Virus record (IMG/VR): IMGVR_UViG_3300009502_000034
Span: 1 to 64,000 of that record
Length of the DNA: 64,000 nt
Direction: 5' to 3' (one strand)
Source: a virus
Below the pieces are notes generated by a model. That model was not told the origin of the DNA and did not search any database. It saw only the letters and a program-made list of their open reading frames with translations. Positions 1 through 10,000 of the stretch are shown here, piece by piece (the first letter of the stretch is position 1; every line of letters starts with the position of its first letter). The translations under genes were made by a program, and so were the position numbers.

Positions 1-186
1 GTAATTCAGGAAAGAAATATTAGTGTGGTTAAAACTCGAACGACAGGATATGAAACGGCAGAGTTAATAGGATTTGACAAAGCAATTGGAGTTATCAAAC
101 AAGCCATAGACCAATTACGAAGGAAAAGATAGCAGAATTTATCGGGAAAGATTTTAATGAAAGCGATAGATAAAATAGGAGGATAG

Positions 187-402
187 ATGAAACTAACAAT
201 ATATTCTAAAACCGGGAAAGTTTTAAAGATCTATTCTGCGTGGTCTATAGATGAAACAAATAATCCACACCAAAACGGCGGGAGCAAGGCTATCAGTGGA
301 GAATGTTTTAGGTTGGATAATGGAAGTGGAGATGGGAAATATAAAGTTGTATATATATCCGATGGTCAAGAATACATATTAGAAGAAAGCGTGAAGGAAT
401 GA
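187..402 (+). CDS. hypothetical protein
   Basis: ORF preceded by AGGAGG Shine-Dalgarno. Confidence 0.6.
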   Translation: MKLTIYSKTGKVLKIYSAWSIDETNNPHQNGGSKAISGECFRLDNGSGDGKYKVVYISDGQEYILEESVKE

Positions 403-436
403 TTGCACAGAGAATACAGAATAAAGGAGTAAATAA

Positions 437-730
437 ATGGCCGACATAACGATGTGTTCGGATACTGACTGCCAGAAACGTTTTCAATGTTATAGGTATG
501 TGGCTGAGCAGGACGCTCGGCAATCGTGGTTTGTTCAATCTCCACGCAAGAAAGACAAATGTGAAGAATTTTGGGCCGCCGGTATTGATGAGATCAAAGC
601 CTATAAAAAAAGATTGAAAAATTACAAAACTCAAAAACCCCAGTCAAATAAGGAGTTAGAAAAAGAACTTGAAGAAGAATCTAGCATAGCTAGAAAATTT
701 TTCTTGACACGATTTAACAAAAAAGAATAG
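437..730 (+). CDS. conserved phage hypothetical protein (MADITMC..C..CYRY, Cys-rich N-terminus)
   Basis: AAGGAG RBS; N-terminal Cys pattern typical of small phage proteins. Confidence 0.65.
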   Translation: MADITMCSDTDCQKRFQCYRYVAEQDARQSWFVQSPRKKDKCEEFWAAGIDEIKAYKKRLKNYKTQKPQSNKELEKELEEESSIARKFFLTRFNKKE

Positions 731-731
731 A

Positions 732-1112
732 ATGGGTGCTGACTGGGGAGGGCGTGTGAAACTAACCAAGCGAGAATATGTAGACCTCGTATCTAAGATA
801 ACGTGGAAAATCGAAGACAACGGTCTCGAACATAAAATGTTCATGAGTTTTACCGGAGCATTTGAAGATCAAACATATAGGATGGTTGTATTCTTTACAA
901 AGAACAGCATACCGCACTTTGTTGCTCTATACTCAGACGGGACTGCTGTTGTAGTTGATAACAGTATCGGGCTGGATTGTTTTGATGTGGCGCCAATATT
1001 AGGAAAGTGTTTCAGTGATAGTGATAAGATGGCTGTGTGCGATGCCCTTTTAAAACACAATGAGGCCGCCATAGCAATTAGAGAAGTGTTTGGCAGCGTC
1101 ATAGGAGAATAA
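732..1112 (+). CDS. hypothetical protein
   Basis: tightly packed ORF. Confidence 0.55.
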   Translation: MGADWGGRVKLTKREYVDLVSKITWKIEDNGLEHKMFMSFTGAFEDQTYRMVVFFTKNSIPHFVALYSDGTAVVVDNSIGLDCFDVAPILGKCFSDSDKMAVCDALLKHNEAAIAIREVFGSVIGE

Positions 1113-1592
1113 ATGCACTTTAGAACTTTTTATTTATTTTCCAAAAAGGGGAAAGAAACCTCAAAACAAGCATTAAAAAGAATTTATGGTAAGCTCACCG
1201 AGGATATTACCACTGGCGACAACAAGATTTGCGATAGCTTTGTCGTAGGCGGAATGTACTCTGGCGTTTTAAATATGTTGCAATATGATCCGACTCTTAT
1301 CAATAAAGGTAATCTAGAGATATACGGAAAGAATGGCTACGCTCTGCTCAAAGAGGTTCAAGCAAGACACATGGGCGTGCAAAAAAAATTATTCCCAAAG
1401 ATCAAACAACCAATATTTTACAGAGATAGTTATGCAAATAACCCATGCGGAGACGATGTACTGCTCATAAATAAAGATATATTAATGGTGATTCGTGGTA
1501 CTGAGATCCAAAGCATAAACACGACTAAGATGCTGTTTGGTAAAAACATGATTGGTAGAGTGTGGGTTATCAATCTTGACTGCCGCACATGA
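1113..1592 (+). CDS. hypothetical protein
   Basis: AGGAG RBS, abuts upstream stop. Confidence 0.6.
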   Translation: MHFRTFYLFSKKGKETSKQALKRIYGKLTEDITTGDNKICDSFVVGGMYSGVLNMLQYDPTLINKGNLEIYGKNGYALLKEVQARHMGVQKKLFPKIKQPIFYRDSYANNPCGDDVLLINKDILMVIRGTEIQSINTTKMLFGKNMIGRVWVINLDCRT

Positions 1593-1693
1593 TGGAGGTT
1601 TATGCAAGAAGAAATCGTGGTATCATTTCAAATAGTATTTTGGAACCTTGTTGTGTTGACCACTGCGCTGCTTTTGCTTGGTATATTTAGCTC

Positions 1694-2014
1694 ATGACTA
1701 TAATGGATATGGCCATAAGGAAGGCTAAGCAATCAAAGTGCCGGTATAAGATATCTGCGATAGGGCTGAACTACAAAGGAGAAGTTGTCGGGAGCGCAGT
1801 CAACAAACCAAGGTTTGATAGGCAACACGGTGGTCTTCATGCAGAAACAAATCTTATACGCCGTTATGGATCTAGACTCAAAACAATAATTATTTGCAGA
1901 GTAGGGGATGCCGGGGATTTGCTTGCCATTGACCCGTGCAAAAATTGTCAAAAGGTGGCTGATAAAATGGGCATTAAGATAGTAAGCATTCAAAAAGAGG
2001 AGGCCGCAATATGA
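1694..2014 (+). CDS. cytidine/deoxycytidylate deaminase-like protein
   Basis: HAE (LHAETN) and PCxxC (DPCKNC) zinc motifs. Confidence 0.85.
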   Translation: MTIMDMAIRKAKQSKCRYKISAIGLNYKGEVVGSAVNKPRFDRQHGGLHAETNLIRRYGSRLKTIIICRVGDAGDLLAIDPCKNCQKVADKMGIKIVSIQKEEAAI

Positions 2015-2054
2015 GATATATTACGCTGGTGATAGCGATAGAAAGGAGGGGTAA

Positions 2055-2246
2055 ATGAGAAAATGCGGGTTAGAATTAACGATTGCAGATAGCGAAGGGG
2101 AACCTCTTGAATGCTCTTTACTGAAGGGACATCGGGGTTCTCACGCAACTATTGTCGAAGCCTATATGGATAGCGACCAGAAGGCTATAGACAACGAAAA
2201 GTATGTTTATTATAAAATAACTTGGAAGAAAGAGATGGAGGAATAG
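2055..2246 (+). CDS. hypothetical protein
   Basis: GGAGG RBS. Confidence 0.55.
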   Translation: MRKCGLELTIADSEGEPLECSLLKGHRGSHATIVEAYMDSDQKAIDNEKYVYYKITWKKEMEE

Positions 2247-2413
2247 GGAGGAGGTCGAATGAGAAAATGGGAATATAAAACAGCAATACACAAGGGGTGG
2301 CTTCTGGATGATTTATTAAACGAATATGGAGAAGACGGATGGGAACTTGTTTCAGTTAACATCGCATCCACAGGGCCAGACGGTCTTTATTGCGTATTTA
2401 AACGGGAGGTCGA

Positions 2414-2944
2414 ATGAAAGATATAATGATAGACGTGGAAACACTTGGAACAGCTCCAGGCTCTGTTGTCACACAAATTGGTGCCGTATATTTTGACAGA
2501 GACACTGGTGAACTTGGTAGCGAAATGCTAGTTAACCTTAACATAGATGATTGCCTCAATGCCGGTCTGGTTGTTGATGGCGGGTCTCTTAAGTTTTGGT
2601 TTGACCAACCACGAGAAAACGCATCATTCACGAAGAATGCTGTACCTCTCACAAAAGGATTACAGACGCTGAGAGATTTCTACGATGGTAAAGCTCTCGT
2701 GTGGTCACATGCAACTTTTGATTTTCCCATTCTGCACAGCGCATATAGGGCGATTGGTCAGAAGCTCTGCTTCCCATATCGCAACCTGCGTGACATTCGC
2801 ACACTGGTAGACTTGTCCAATAGGCCGTTTACGAAAGATAAGGACGGAGATCCTAAGAATCACAATGGGCTTGATGATTGTAAATATCAGGTAAAATATT
2901 GCGTGGAGTGTTTTAATATTCTCAGGGCAGGGAGGCCTGTGTGA
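2414..2944 (+). CDS. 3'-5' exonuclease, DEDD family (Rv2179c/exonuclease VIII-like)
   Basis: MIDVETLG, FDFPIL, RDIRTL and HNGLDDC motifs. Confidence 0.88.
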   Translation: MKDIMIDVETLGTAPGSVVTQIGAVYFDRDTGELGSEMLVNLNIDDCLNAGLVVDGGSLKFWFDQPRENASFTKNAVPLTKGLQTLRDFYDGKALVWSHATFDFPILHSAYRAIGQKLCFPYRNLRDIRTLVDLSNRPFTKDKDGDPKNHNGLDDCKYQVKYCVECFNILRAGRPV

Positions 2945-3120
2945 AAACAATAACCTTATTTGGCATGAACAGCAATGAGGTGATAGCGTACGCTAATGTT
3001 AAGACTGTCGATGTTTTTGGCAATCGAACAGAAATCACGCTTGATAATGGTGATAAGATACATACTACTTTATGGTACATTGTCACAGAAGAATCCCAAA
3101 GGTTGTGGGGGGGGTAAAAA

Positions 3121-3384
3121 ATGGCAGTTAAAAAGTGGGTTAGTAGGAGCGGAGCGATATTTGAGGAGGTTGCTATCTCAGGCCTTTTGGCCCTGCATAG
3201 CGAGGGGAAACTGTGTTGCAAGTTAATCACGCCGGGCAAGATTGGACTTCAGTATAACATCAAGGCTTATATAGGAAAGATATACTGGTTTAAGCCAGAA
3301 CATCTCACCCCATGGGAGGAACCGAATGCAGATAAAGGTGTCAAGCCGGGAAGCGTGTTACCTGAAAAGAGTGTTGGAGCATGA
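3121..3384 (+). CDS. hypothetical protein
   Basis: G-rich RBS upstream of ATG. Confidence 0.5.
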   Translation: MAVKKWVSRSGAIFEEVAISGLLALHSEGKLCCKLITPGKIGLQYNIKAYIGKIYWFKPEHLTPWEEPNADKGVKPGSVLPEKSVGA

Positions 3385-3520
3385 CAGAGACGGATTAAAA
3401 AACTTAGCACACGAGGAAGAATTAGCTGAGGCAGATAGAAAATGTAATATTGAAGAATATAAGTGTGCTGTTGGAATACTAAGACAAATACGAAAGAAAC
3501 AATATGCCACCGGAGGTTAG
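3326..3520 (+). CDS. hypothetical protein
   Basis: GGAGGA RBS; stop abuts next start. Confidence 0.5.
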   Translation: MQIKVSSREACYLKRVLEHDRDGLKNLAHEEELAEADRKCNIEEYKCAVGILRQIRKKQYATGG

Positions 3521-4210
3521 ATGCCAAAGTTGCTAGTATTGTTAATGCTTCTGCTTACATCTTTTTCGTTAAGATGCGATGACAAAGATATTATACGGGA
3601 ATTAAAAGATAAGACAAGGGAGATAAACAATGCCAGGATAGTGGTCGGGACTCTAGAAGATGAGAAGAATAGTCTAGAATACTCGCTCATAGTGTACCAG
3701 CACTACGCATCAGCTGGCACCATAAGCAAGAACAATATCACATCTGAAAGTTTATACAATATAGAGCGGTGTTTAAAGAAATATAAGTTTTTAGCCCCGC
3801 ACTATAATTTTGACACATTCAAACCTATAGTTTTAGGTAATATGTGGATATCGGCCGAGAGCGGGTTTAACACATCATCAACATGTAAGTATACCAATGT
3901 TGGCGGTATTGCTCCCGGAAGCATAGATTTATGGGTGATGTGCATGAACCAATGTCATTACAATGAACCGATACCAAGTAAGAACTACTGGCGCATAGCT
4001 GATAGAATGTTTCCATATTTAGCGGATAGGCCAGACAGCGACCCCGAGAAAAACATAGTGGTTTGGTATCTGTGGCTAGATAAGCAATCGGAGAAGACCA
4101 ATAATGGGGTTTGGCAACTTTACAATAAGTGGAGATTCGGTATTAAGGGCAAATTGAAACCAAGATTAGATGTAATTGAGTTGTATGAAAAGTTAAAAAT
4201 TATAAAATAG
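3521..4210 (+). CDS. secreted protein, divergent lytic transglycosylase (SLT)-like
   Basis: signal-peptide-like N-terminus; AESGFN, DPEKNI and LYN in SLT motif order. Confidence 0.5.
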   Translation: MPKLLVLLMLLLTSFSLRCDDKDIIRELKDKTREINNARIVVGTLEDEKNSLEYSLIVYQHYASAGTISKNNITSESLYNIERCLKKYKFLAPHYNFDTFKPIVLGNMWISAESGFNTSSTCKYTNVGGIAPGSIDLWVMCMNQCHYNEPIPSKNYWRIADRMFPYLADRPDSDPEKNIVVWYLWLDKQSEKTNNGVWQLYNKWRFGIKGKLKPRLDVIELYEKLKIIK

Positions 4211-4219
4211 GAGGGGTCT

Positions 4220-4816
4220 ATGCCGTATGAATTAGATATTATATTTGACAATGGGCGATATGCTTTTAACATATACGAAATAGACCGCATGGACAGGTCT
4301 AGAATTTTGGTTACAGAATTCGCCTATTCTGCCAAGAAAATACAGTTTTCCGTTTTGGATAATAAAATTTCACCTGCGTCTCCGGCGCACACGCTAGCTG
4401 TAGAGTGGTTGACGACCGGTAAGCGCAGGATATCGTTATTAAGTGGCTTTAATGGGACGGAGATGACGTCCAATTCGTTTATTGTAACAGTGGAAGAAAA
4501 AGATAATTTGGTAGAATGTCTTGATGAAATGGGGCGTGAACAAATGACACCTAAAATGTGGGTGTCAATGGCTCTTACGCCTAGAGCTAAAGCTCACCTA
4601 ATTAAGACTTTGACCGGCAAAAACATATTAACGCTGGCAGAGAAGTCTTTAGGCAACACCAGATATAAGAAGTTTTTGATAGACCTAGTAAGATTTTACG
4701 ATGAGGTTGCGGTTCCCAAAGACATCAGACCCTGGGACAGCGTGGTTGAGGAAGATGCTCTTTGGAAGGAAGAGGTAGCGGCAATAAAGAGCGGCAAGCT
4801 TAAGGAGGCTGTATGA
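4220..4816 (+). CDS. hypothetical protein
   Basis: GGAGG RBS, 198 aa. Confidence 0.7.
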   Translation: MPYELDIIFDNGRYAFNIYEIDRMDRSRILVTEFAYSAKKIQFSVLDNKISPASPAHTLAVEWLTTGKRRISLLSGFNGTEMTSNSFIVTVEEKDNLVECLDEMGREQMTPKMWVSMALTPRAKAHLIKTLTGKNILTLAEKSLGNTRYKKFLIDLVRFYDEVAVPKDIRPWDSVVEEDALWKEEVAAIKSGKLKEAV

Positions 4817-5526
4817 ACATGCAAATGTTTCTTAATTTTTTACGAACCAAAATAGCCCCGAATATGTTTGAAAAGATTATCGTTGATAATCTTAGATTTG
4901 CGGCTATATATGATTGGATGTTAAACAATGATTCATTGTATTATAAGGCAAAACGCCAAGAAGATTCCATGAGTGATAGTGGATATCACAGGTTATCACC
5001 TGAGGAATTTAACATTTTGGTGGACAATCAAATCCTGGAGGTCACCACAAAACTTCCGTCATTTGTTATAGCATCTTTAATGCCTACGGGGAGGGATAAA
5101 ATTATGGGAACCATTAAGGAAATGAGAGACTATATAGTTAATTCAAAATGGGAATGGGAAATGCTGTCTAATACAGATGATTCTGTAGCATTCAGCATTG
5201 AAAATATAGTCTTCAGAATTAAAATGGAGGATGATAAACTCCAGTTTTTAAAGCCCTTGGAGGGAATGAGCTTAAACCTGGCCGCCGGGAAGCCATTAAC
5301 GTCTTCAGATAAGTTTGATTCATTGATAAACCTTGTATATAAAACATATCCGCAAGATATAGAGATGAAGATTGCCGCTGAGGTATCTGATACTGATCTT
5401 GCAGACGAACTGCTCGACCAAATGCTACAGAATAAAATGTCTGCGTGGAGAAGGTTTATACGTGAAGACTTAACAAACAAGATTAAAGATAGTAAGGTAA
5501 CCCCAACAGCGCCAGAAGGTAATTAA
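4813..5526 (+). CDS. hypothetical protein
   Basis: ATGA overlap, GGAGG RBS. Confidence 0.7.
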   Translation: MNMQMFLNFLRTKIAPNMFEKIIVDNLRFAAIYDWMLNNDSLYYKAKRQEDSMSDSGYHRLSPEEFNILVDNQILEVTTKLPSFVIASLMPTGRDKIMGTIKEMRDYIVNSKWEWEMLSNTDDSVAFSIENIVFRIKMEDDKLQFLKPLEGMSLNLAAGKPLTSSDKFDSLINLVYKTYPQDIEMKIAAEVSDTDLADELLDQMLQNKMSAWRRFIREDLTNKIKDSKVTPTAPEGN

Positions 5527-5553
5527 TTATTTACAAACATTGCTAAATATCCG

Positions 5554-5582
5554 TTGAAATTTGATCAAATTATGAGTATATA
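5554..5582 (+). promoter_or_regulatory. possible sigma70-type promoter
   Basis: TTGAAA-17 bp-TATATA in an intergenic gap. Confidence 0.4.
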
Positions 5583-5628
5583 TTAGTATATATCTAAAAA
5601 GGGGAAAAGAAAAAAGATGTTATTTGTA

Positions 5629-5666
5629 TGGGTGTTAGATGGTGGGTGTTAGATGGTGGGTGTTAG
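5629..5666. repeat. 14-bp tandem repeat TGGGTGTTAGATGG, about 2.7 copies
   Basis: units at 5629, 5643 and 5657 (partial). Confidence 0.9.
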
Positions 5667-5798
5667 TGTAAAGATGATGGGTGTGAAGAAGAAGAGAAGA
5701 AGACCTTGTAATAACAACACACGAGGTTGTGATGATGGATGAGGGGTCCGGGGAGAAGGAAGAAGAGAAGGGGTGTATTCACTTTTTAAAGGAGGTAT

Positions 5799-6065
5799 AT
5801 GGAAGACCAATACAAAGTTACTATAGCCCCAACTAAATATTCATATAGAATCAATTGGTTTACATGCTTTAAGTTTTTACTGTCACTGCCCATCTGGCCT
5901 ATAGCGCTAGCGGTTAATATCTTTGGATATCTTATTGGCACAGGTTGCATTCTGTATAGTTCTAGTGATTGGAAAGAATGCTGGGCTAGATTACGTGATG
6001 ATTGTTACGGTGATGCTCTTATTAAATGGAATTACAAATTTATAACAAAGGAGAAAATACAATGA
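5799..6065 (+). CDS. hypothetical membrane protein
   Basis: AAGGAGG RBS; hydrophobic core. Confidence 0.6.
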   Translation: MEDQYKVTIAPTKYSYRINWFTCFKFLLSLPIWPIALAVNIFGYLIGTGCILYSSSDWKECWARLRDDCYGDALIKWNYKFITKEKIQ

Positions 6066-6232
6066 AAAATAAAAAAAATACGTATGCGGTTGTAATGGTA
6101 TGTAATAACTGTGATGCAGTATCTACCATATTGGTCCCAAAGGGAATTTTGGTTGCTAATTCCGCAAACGGGGCCGGGGACGCAAAGTGCAAAAATTGTG
6201 GTTGCGTCGGTACACTGTATAAAGAAGATTAA
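6062..6232 (+). CDS. small zinc-ribbon protein
   Basis: CNNC...CKNC; start moved to ATG after AAGGAG. Confidence 0.55.
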   Translation: MKNKKNTYAVVMVCNNCDAVSTILVPKGILVANSANGAGDAKCKNCGCVGTLYKED

Positions 6233-6236
6233 TCCA

Positions 6237-6449
6237 ATGATAGCTAAATTAGAGATGGGAATATTGAGCGGGTGCCAAGAGGTACAAGAGTTCACTCCGT
6301 ATCTTTATTTTTCTCTTGACGTTTGCGTTGAAGCTATGTATACTGGTGGTATAGATAACATTACACAGAAAGCATATAGGATTAGATTTAGGCGGTGTAA
6401 TATGATTAACAGAGATGTTTGCATATACAAGTTTGAGGCGATAGTATGA
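6237..6449 (+). CDS. hypothetical protein
   Basis: fills the gap; start moved to first ATG after upstream stop. Confidence 0.45.
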   Translation: MIAKLEMGILSGCQEVQEFTPYLYFSLDVCVEAMYTGGIDNITQKAYRIRFRRCNMINRDVCIYKFEAIV

Positions 6450-6793
6450 GAATGTGGATGGTTAATCCAAAAATACTGTGTAGGAAGCACTTACTCGGCG
6501 AACATGTTGAAACCCATATGTTCGTTGGATCCATTAAAAAAGATCATAAAATGGACGGATATATCACCGGTGGTTTGCTTGATGTTGGCAAACTATCTTC
6601 CAGACATGATGAACTGGCGAAGGAAATGATCGATCGTGGATATAAACATAATAGTCCAATAGATCAATTAGGCAAGAAGTTAATTACTTCTGACCGTAAA
6701 ATTAATATAGAGGAGAATTTAAAGGATCTGCGAAACAGATGCGGAGAATGTAAAAGGTTACAGGAACATAGTTTGTGCGAGGAGGTAAAATGA
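6446..6793 (+). CDS. denV: pyrimidine dimer DNA glycosylase / endonuclease V family
   Basis: MRMWMVNPKILCRKHLLGEHVETH and RHDELAKEMIDRGYKHNSP motifs. Confidence 0.85.
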   Translation: MRMWMVNPKILCRKHLLGEHVETHMFVGSIKKDHKMDGYITGGLLDVGKLSSRHDELAKEMIDRGYKHNSPIDQLGKKLITSDRKINIEENLKDLRNRCGECKRLQEHSLCEEVK

Positions 6794-7194
6794 AAAATCC
6801 AAGTAATGTAAATATATGGGGAGCATTTATATTAAGCGGGTGTCTTATAGTTGTGTTATTTATTAGTAGCATTCTACAGCAACGTACCATAGACAGTTTA
6901 AAAAATCAGATCAATAGGGATGGCCTAGGGCAGATGTTTACCACAAACACAATTGATAATCGATGCGATGATATAGATAAAGACATTAATACAATATGGA
7001 AAAAGGTAGGGTTAGCCGTTAAAGACAGGGCGAAGTATGTAGAAAATCCTGAGCTTTATCAATCTGATGCTTCTAGGGACGCAGAGAAAAAAGAACTAAG
7101 CAATATAGAAAATCAGATAGAGGCGCTTAAGGATAAACAAATCGCAATTAGGCACAAGTATGGAGAAGATGTGGATTATGGATGTGACAAATGA
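6790..7194 (+). CDS. membrane-anchored coiled-coil protein
   Basis: GGAGGT RBS; N-terminal TM helix. Confidence 0.6.
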   Translation: MKNPSNVNIWGAFILSGCLIVVLFISSILQQRTIDSLKNQINRDGLGQMFTTNTIDNRCDDIDKDINTIWKKVGLAVKDRAKYVENPELYQSDASRDAEKKELSNIENQIEALKDKQIAIRHKYGEDVDYGCDK

Positions 7195-7457
7195 AAAAGT
7201 TTAAAGACATGACATTATGGGAACAATATAACAGCATGAAAAATTCATTCAGGTTTATGTGGTGGATGTTAATTATTACAGGAGTGACGGTATGGCTTCC
7301 TGGCATCTGGTACTTCACAGTAGCAATATCCTCATGTATAATTGCACTTGTATGGCTGCACTTTAGAACTAAGGCCGCAATTAAGCATATGCGAAGTGCA
7401 ACTACAGAAGAGATGGATGATTTTGTAAGACGCAGAATGGAGGCCTACCACAAATGA
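7191..7457 (+). CDS. membrane protein
   Basis: two hydrophobic helices; ATGA overlap. Confidence 0.6.
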   Translation: MKKFKDMTLWEQYNSMKNSFRFMWWMLIITGVTVWLPGIWYFTVAISSCIIALVWLHFRTKAAIKHMRSATTEEMDDFVRRRMEAYHK

Positions 7458-7680
7458 AAGCCACAAGGCGGAAGAAATTTAACATCGATGCCTTAGAGCC
7501 TATCATAGATAAGGATATTTGGCCTATAGTTAAAGCTATTAATGATAAAGGTATTGTTACTGAGATGTCCTGGGACTGCACGGTGGAATGTCCATCAATA
7601 TAGATGATGAACTAGTTTACCATAGGGCTTGGGATAAGAAAACTCTGGATGAAATTATTAAAAGATTAAAGGAGATATAA
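7454..7680 (+). pseudogene. probably frameshifted small gene
   Basis: GGAGG+ATG; IDKDIWPIVKAINDKGIVTEMS reads on in another frame as GLHGG..KRLKEI*. Confidence 0.35.
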
Positions 7681-7853
7681 ATGAAACAGAATATTTCAGC
7701 TTATTTGATACCATCTATAGTTTGTGAGGGGCGAGAAAATCTAAATATAAGGTGTATTATGGGCGGTGTCAAGCGTGATATTTTTGCTGGAACGTATACT
7801 AAAGAAGTAGCTGAATATTTAAAAAATAAAATTAATAAAAAGGAGGATTAATA

Positions 7854-8054
7854 ATGGCCCTATTTGATAAATGCCCGCATGTGTGGAAGGTAATTGATAA
7901 AACTATTCTTGAATCTCCATGTGAATTATTCGCTAAAATGACAAAAGGGACCGATGCTAAACTGAAATCTGAGCCAGAAGATTTTTTCAAACAAACCTAT
8001 ATCTGCATAATGGTGTGTGAGAAGTGCGGAGAAGTAAACAAGACAGTTGTTTAA
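7854..8054 (+). CDS. small Cys/His zinc-binding protein
   Basis: CPHVW...CEKCG; AGGAGG RBS. Confidence 0.6.
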   Translation: MALFDKCPHVWKVIDKTILESPCELFAKMTKGTDAKLKSEPEDFFKQTYICIMVCEKCGEVNKTVV

Positions 8055-8064
8055 GGAGGGTTCT

Positions 8065-8409
8065 ATGCGCTTAGACGGAACTCCTGAACCTATTGTTACA
8101 TTTCGAGGGTGGAAAGAATCCACAGGGTTTAATAACATGATTAGGACTGTGGTTTATGATTTTGCTATTTTGCACCCTAGAGTATATGGATCAGAACTAA
8201 GACGTATAAAATACACAACGATTCAACCTGATGGATATTGGCATTCAGATGATTTTAGTAACTACTCATTTATAAGTGACATCTATGATTATGTCGTACT
8301 TGCTATTCCTGAGCCAGAATTTATGGACAGATTACTTGCCAAGTGTCCTGTGGCCATGTATCTTCGTGATAAGACAGATGTAATAAAGCTATATGCGATG
8401 GCCAAATGA
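8065..8409 (+). CDS. hypothetical protein
   Basis: AAGGAGG RBS before ATG 8065. Confidence 0.6.
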   Translation: MRLDGTPEPIVTFRGWKESTGFNNMIRTVVYDFAILHPRVYGSELRRIKYTTIQPDGYWHSDDFSNYSFISDIYDYVVLAIPEPEFMDRLLAKCPVAMYLRDKTDVIKLYAMAK

Positions 8410-8879
8410 AACCAGACTTTATTCAAAGTCAAGATGAAATACAGCAGGAGCGGTTATATAACGCAACACATAAGAATATTTTTATTGTAGTTATGAAGGT
8501 TTTTATCTTTCTATTTTGTTGTTTATTCGCCTTTGCGGCGTTCCAGACCATTATAGTATTAACACCAATTTTATTAAAGGATCCTTTAGTTACAGTATTT
8601 TTGGCGTTAATGTCGCTACCGGTAGTGGCGCTTTTGTGGATGGGTGTTAAGCACGTCTTCGCTAAATTGATGAATGCTATAGAAAACGTCAAGGTGGATG
8701 AGGGGAATAGAATATGTCATAAGGTTCAAGACGCTAGTAATTTCGTGCCACACTCTCAAAATGAGGTTAAACACGGAGTGTCAGCATTCTCATGGATAGG
8801 CATGGTTATATTAGGGATTTTGAGTGCTGTTTTTGTATCAAAGATATTTAAAAAACATGTTGATAAATCTGATAAATAA
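8406..8879 (+). CDS. membrane protein (3 TM)
   Basis: three hydrophobic segments. Confidence 0.65.
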   Translation: MKPDFIQSQDEIQQERLYNATHKNIFIVVMKVFIFLFCCLFAFAAFQTIIVLTPILLKDPLVTVFLALMSLPVVALLWMGVKHVFAKLMNAIENVKVDEGNRICHKVQDASNFVPHSQNEVKHGVSAFSWIGMVILGILSAVFVSKIFKKHVDKSDK

Positions 8880-8891
8880 GAGTATATATAA

Positions 8892-9302
8892 TTGGAGGGT
8901 AAATGCTTGATTAATACAATTTTAGTAGGGATTCTGATAGGCGCCACCCTCGCTTTAATAGCAGAGCTTTGGTTTGATAACAAGAGGGTTCGTGGGCTTC
9001 TTAAGGCCGCCCTCTTTATTAGGAACAAAGATCGCCAAGTTGTAATGCTGCACAGCGAGTTTATTCAGAAGCTTGTTCATGATGAGATTGTCGCAAAGCA
9101 CATGCAGTCTAAAGAATTTAAAGATGAAGAGGAATATAAGAAATTGTACGCCAACATCAATAAGTTAATAGATGAAATAATTATTGGAGAACAGATTTTA
9201 TTCCCTGCGTTGGTAAAGGCTGGGTTAATAGAAAAGAATTCAATAAAAATGCAAGAGCGGGAGGCTTTATTCAATGCCAACAAAACAGACGAAAAGAAAT
9301 AA
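8892..9302 (+). CDS. membrane-anchored hypothetical protein
   Basis: N-terminal TM helix; exact start uncertain. Confidence 0.55.
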   Translation: MEGKCLINTILVGILIGATLALIAELWFDNKRVRGLLKAALFIRNKDRQVVMLHSEFIQKLVHDEIVAKHMQSKEFKDEEEYKKLYANINKLIDEIIIGEQILFPALVKAGLIEKNSIKMQEREALFNANKTDEKK

Positions 9303-9582
9303 ATATCTTCCTAGTATATTGGAGGAAGCTGATAAGCTTGTCAATGAGGACCGTCAGAAACAATACGGTCACCCATACGATAATTGGAATCACATAGCAA
9401 GCATAGCCTCGGCAATACTTAAGAAGCCGCATACAGCGGAAGAGTGTATAGTTGTCTTATTGGCCACAAAGTTAAGCCGAGAAATATTTAAAACCAAGAG
9501 AGATAATTTGATCGATGCGGCAGGTTATTTAAAAATTTGGGATATAGTTAAGACAATGAGTAAACATGACTCAAACAGATAA
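9274..9582 (+). CDS. DUF6378-like phage protein
   Basis: SILEEA..LV..DRQKQYGHP..N...IA and KLSRE...KRDNLIDAAGY. Confidence 0.75.
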   Translation: MPTKQTKRNKYLPSILEEADKLVNEDRQKQYGHPYDNWNHIASIASAILKKPHTAEECIVVLLATKLSREIFKTKRDNLIDAAGYLKIWDIVKTMSKHDSNR

Positions 9583-10000
9583 TCAAATAGCACATGTTTT
9601 TAGTTGGTGGTGGAAATTTAAAAGTAAGGTTGCGGATGCATGGTTTTTCATCACGGATTTGAAGCACAGATATAAACACGGGTGTTCTGAACGTGAGTTG
9701 TATGCTTTGGACTATCACGCTTCTAAATGGTTAGTTAAAAGATTGACGGCCATGAAAGAGTATGAAGAAAACAATAAAGAAAACGAAGGGTGTGAGGATT
9801 GTGAGCATGCGCATAAGGAATGGATAGTAGAGTTAGATAAAATGATAGCGGCTTTTAATTTAATTATATGGAACAATGAATGGCATCCAGAAGATCCAAA
9901 TTTTCATTCAATAGATATAAAAGATAATCCGGACGCAAAAAGGGTATATGACGAGGGCATGGAAAGTTTTAAGGCGCATTTTCAAGATCTTTGGATATAG
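9566..10000 (+). CDS. conserved phage hypothetical protein
   Basis: W..ELDKMIAAF and F..HFQDLW pattern. Confidence 0.65.
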   Translation: MTQTDNQIAHVFSWWWKFKSKVADAWFFITDLKHRYKHGCSERELYALDYHASKWLVKRLTAMKEYEENNKENEGCEDCEHAHKEWIVELDKMIAAFNLIIWNNEWHPEDPNFHSIDIKDNPDAKRVYDEGMESFKAHFQDLWI

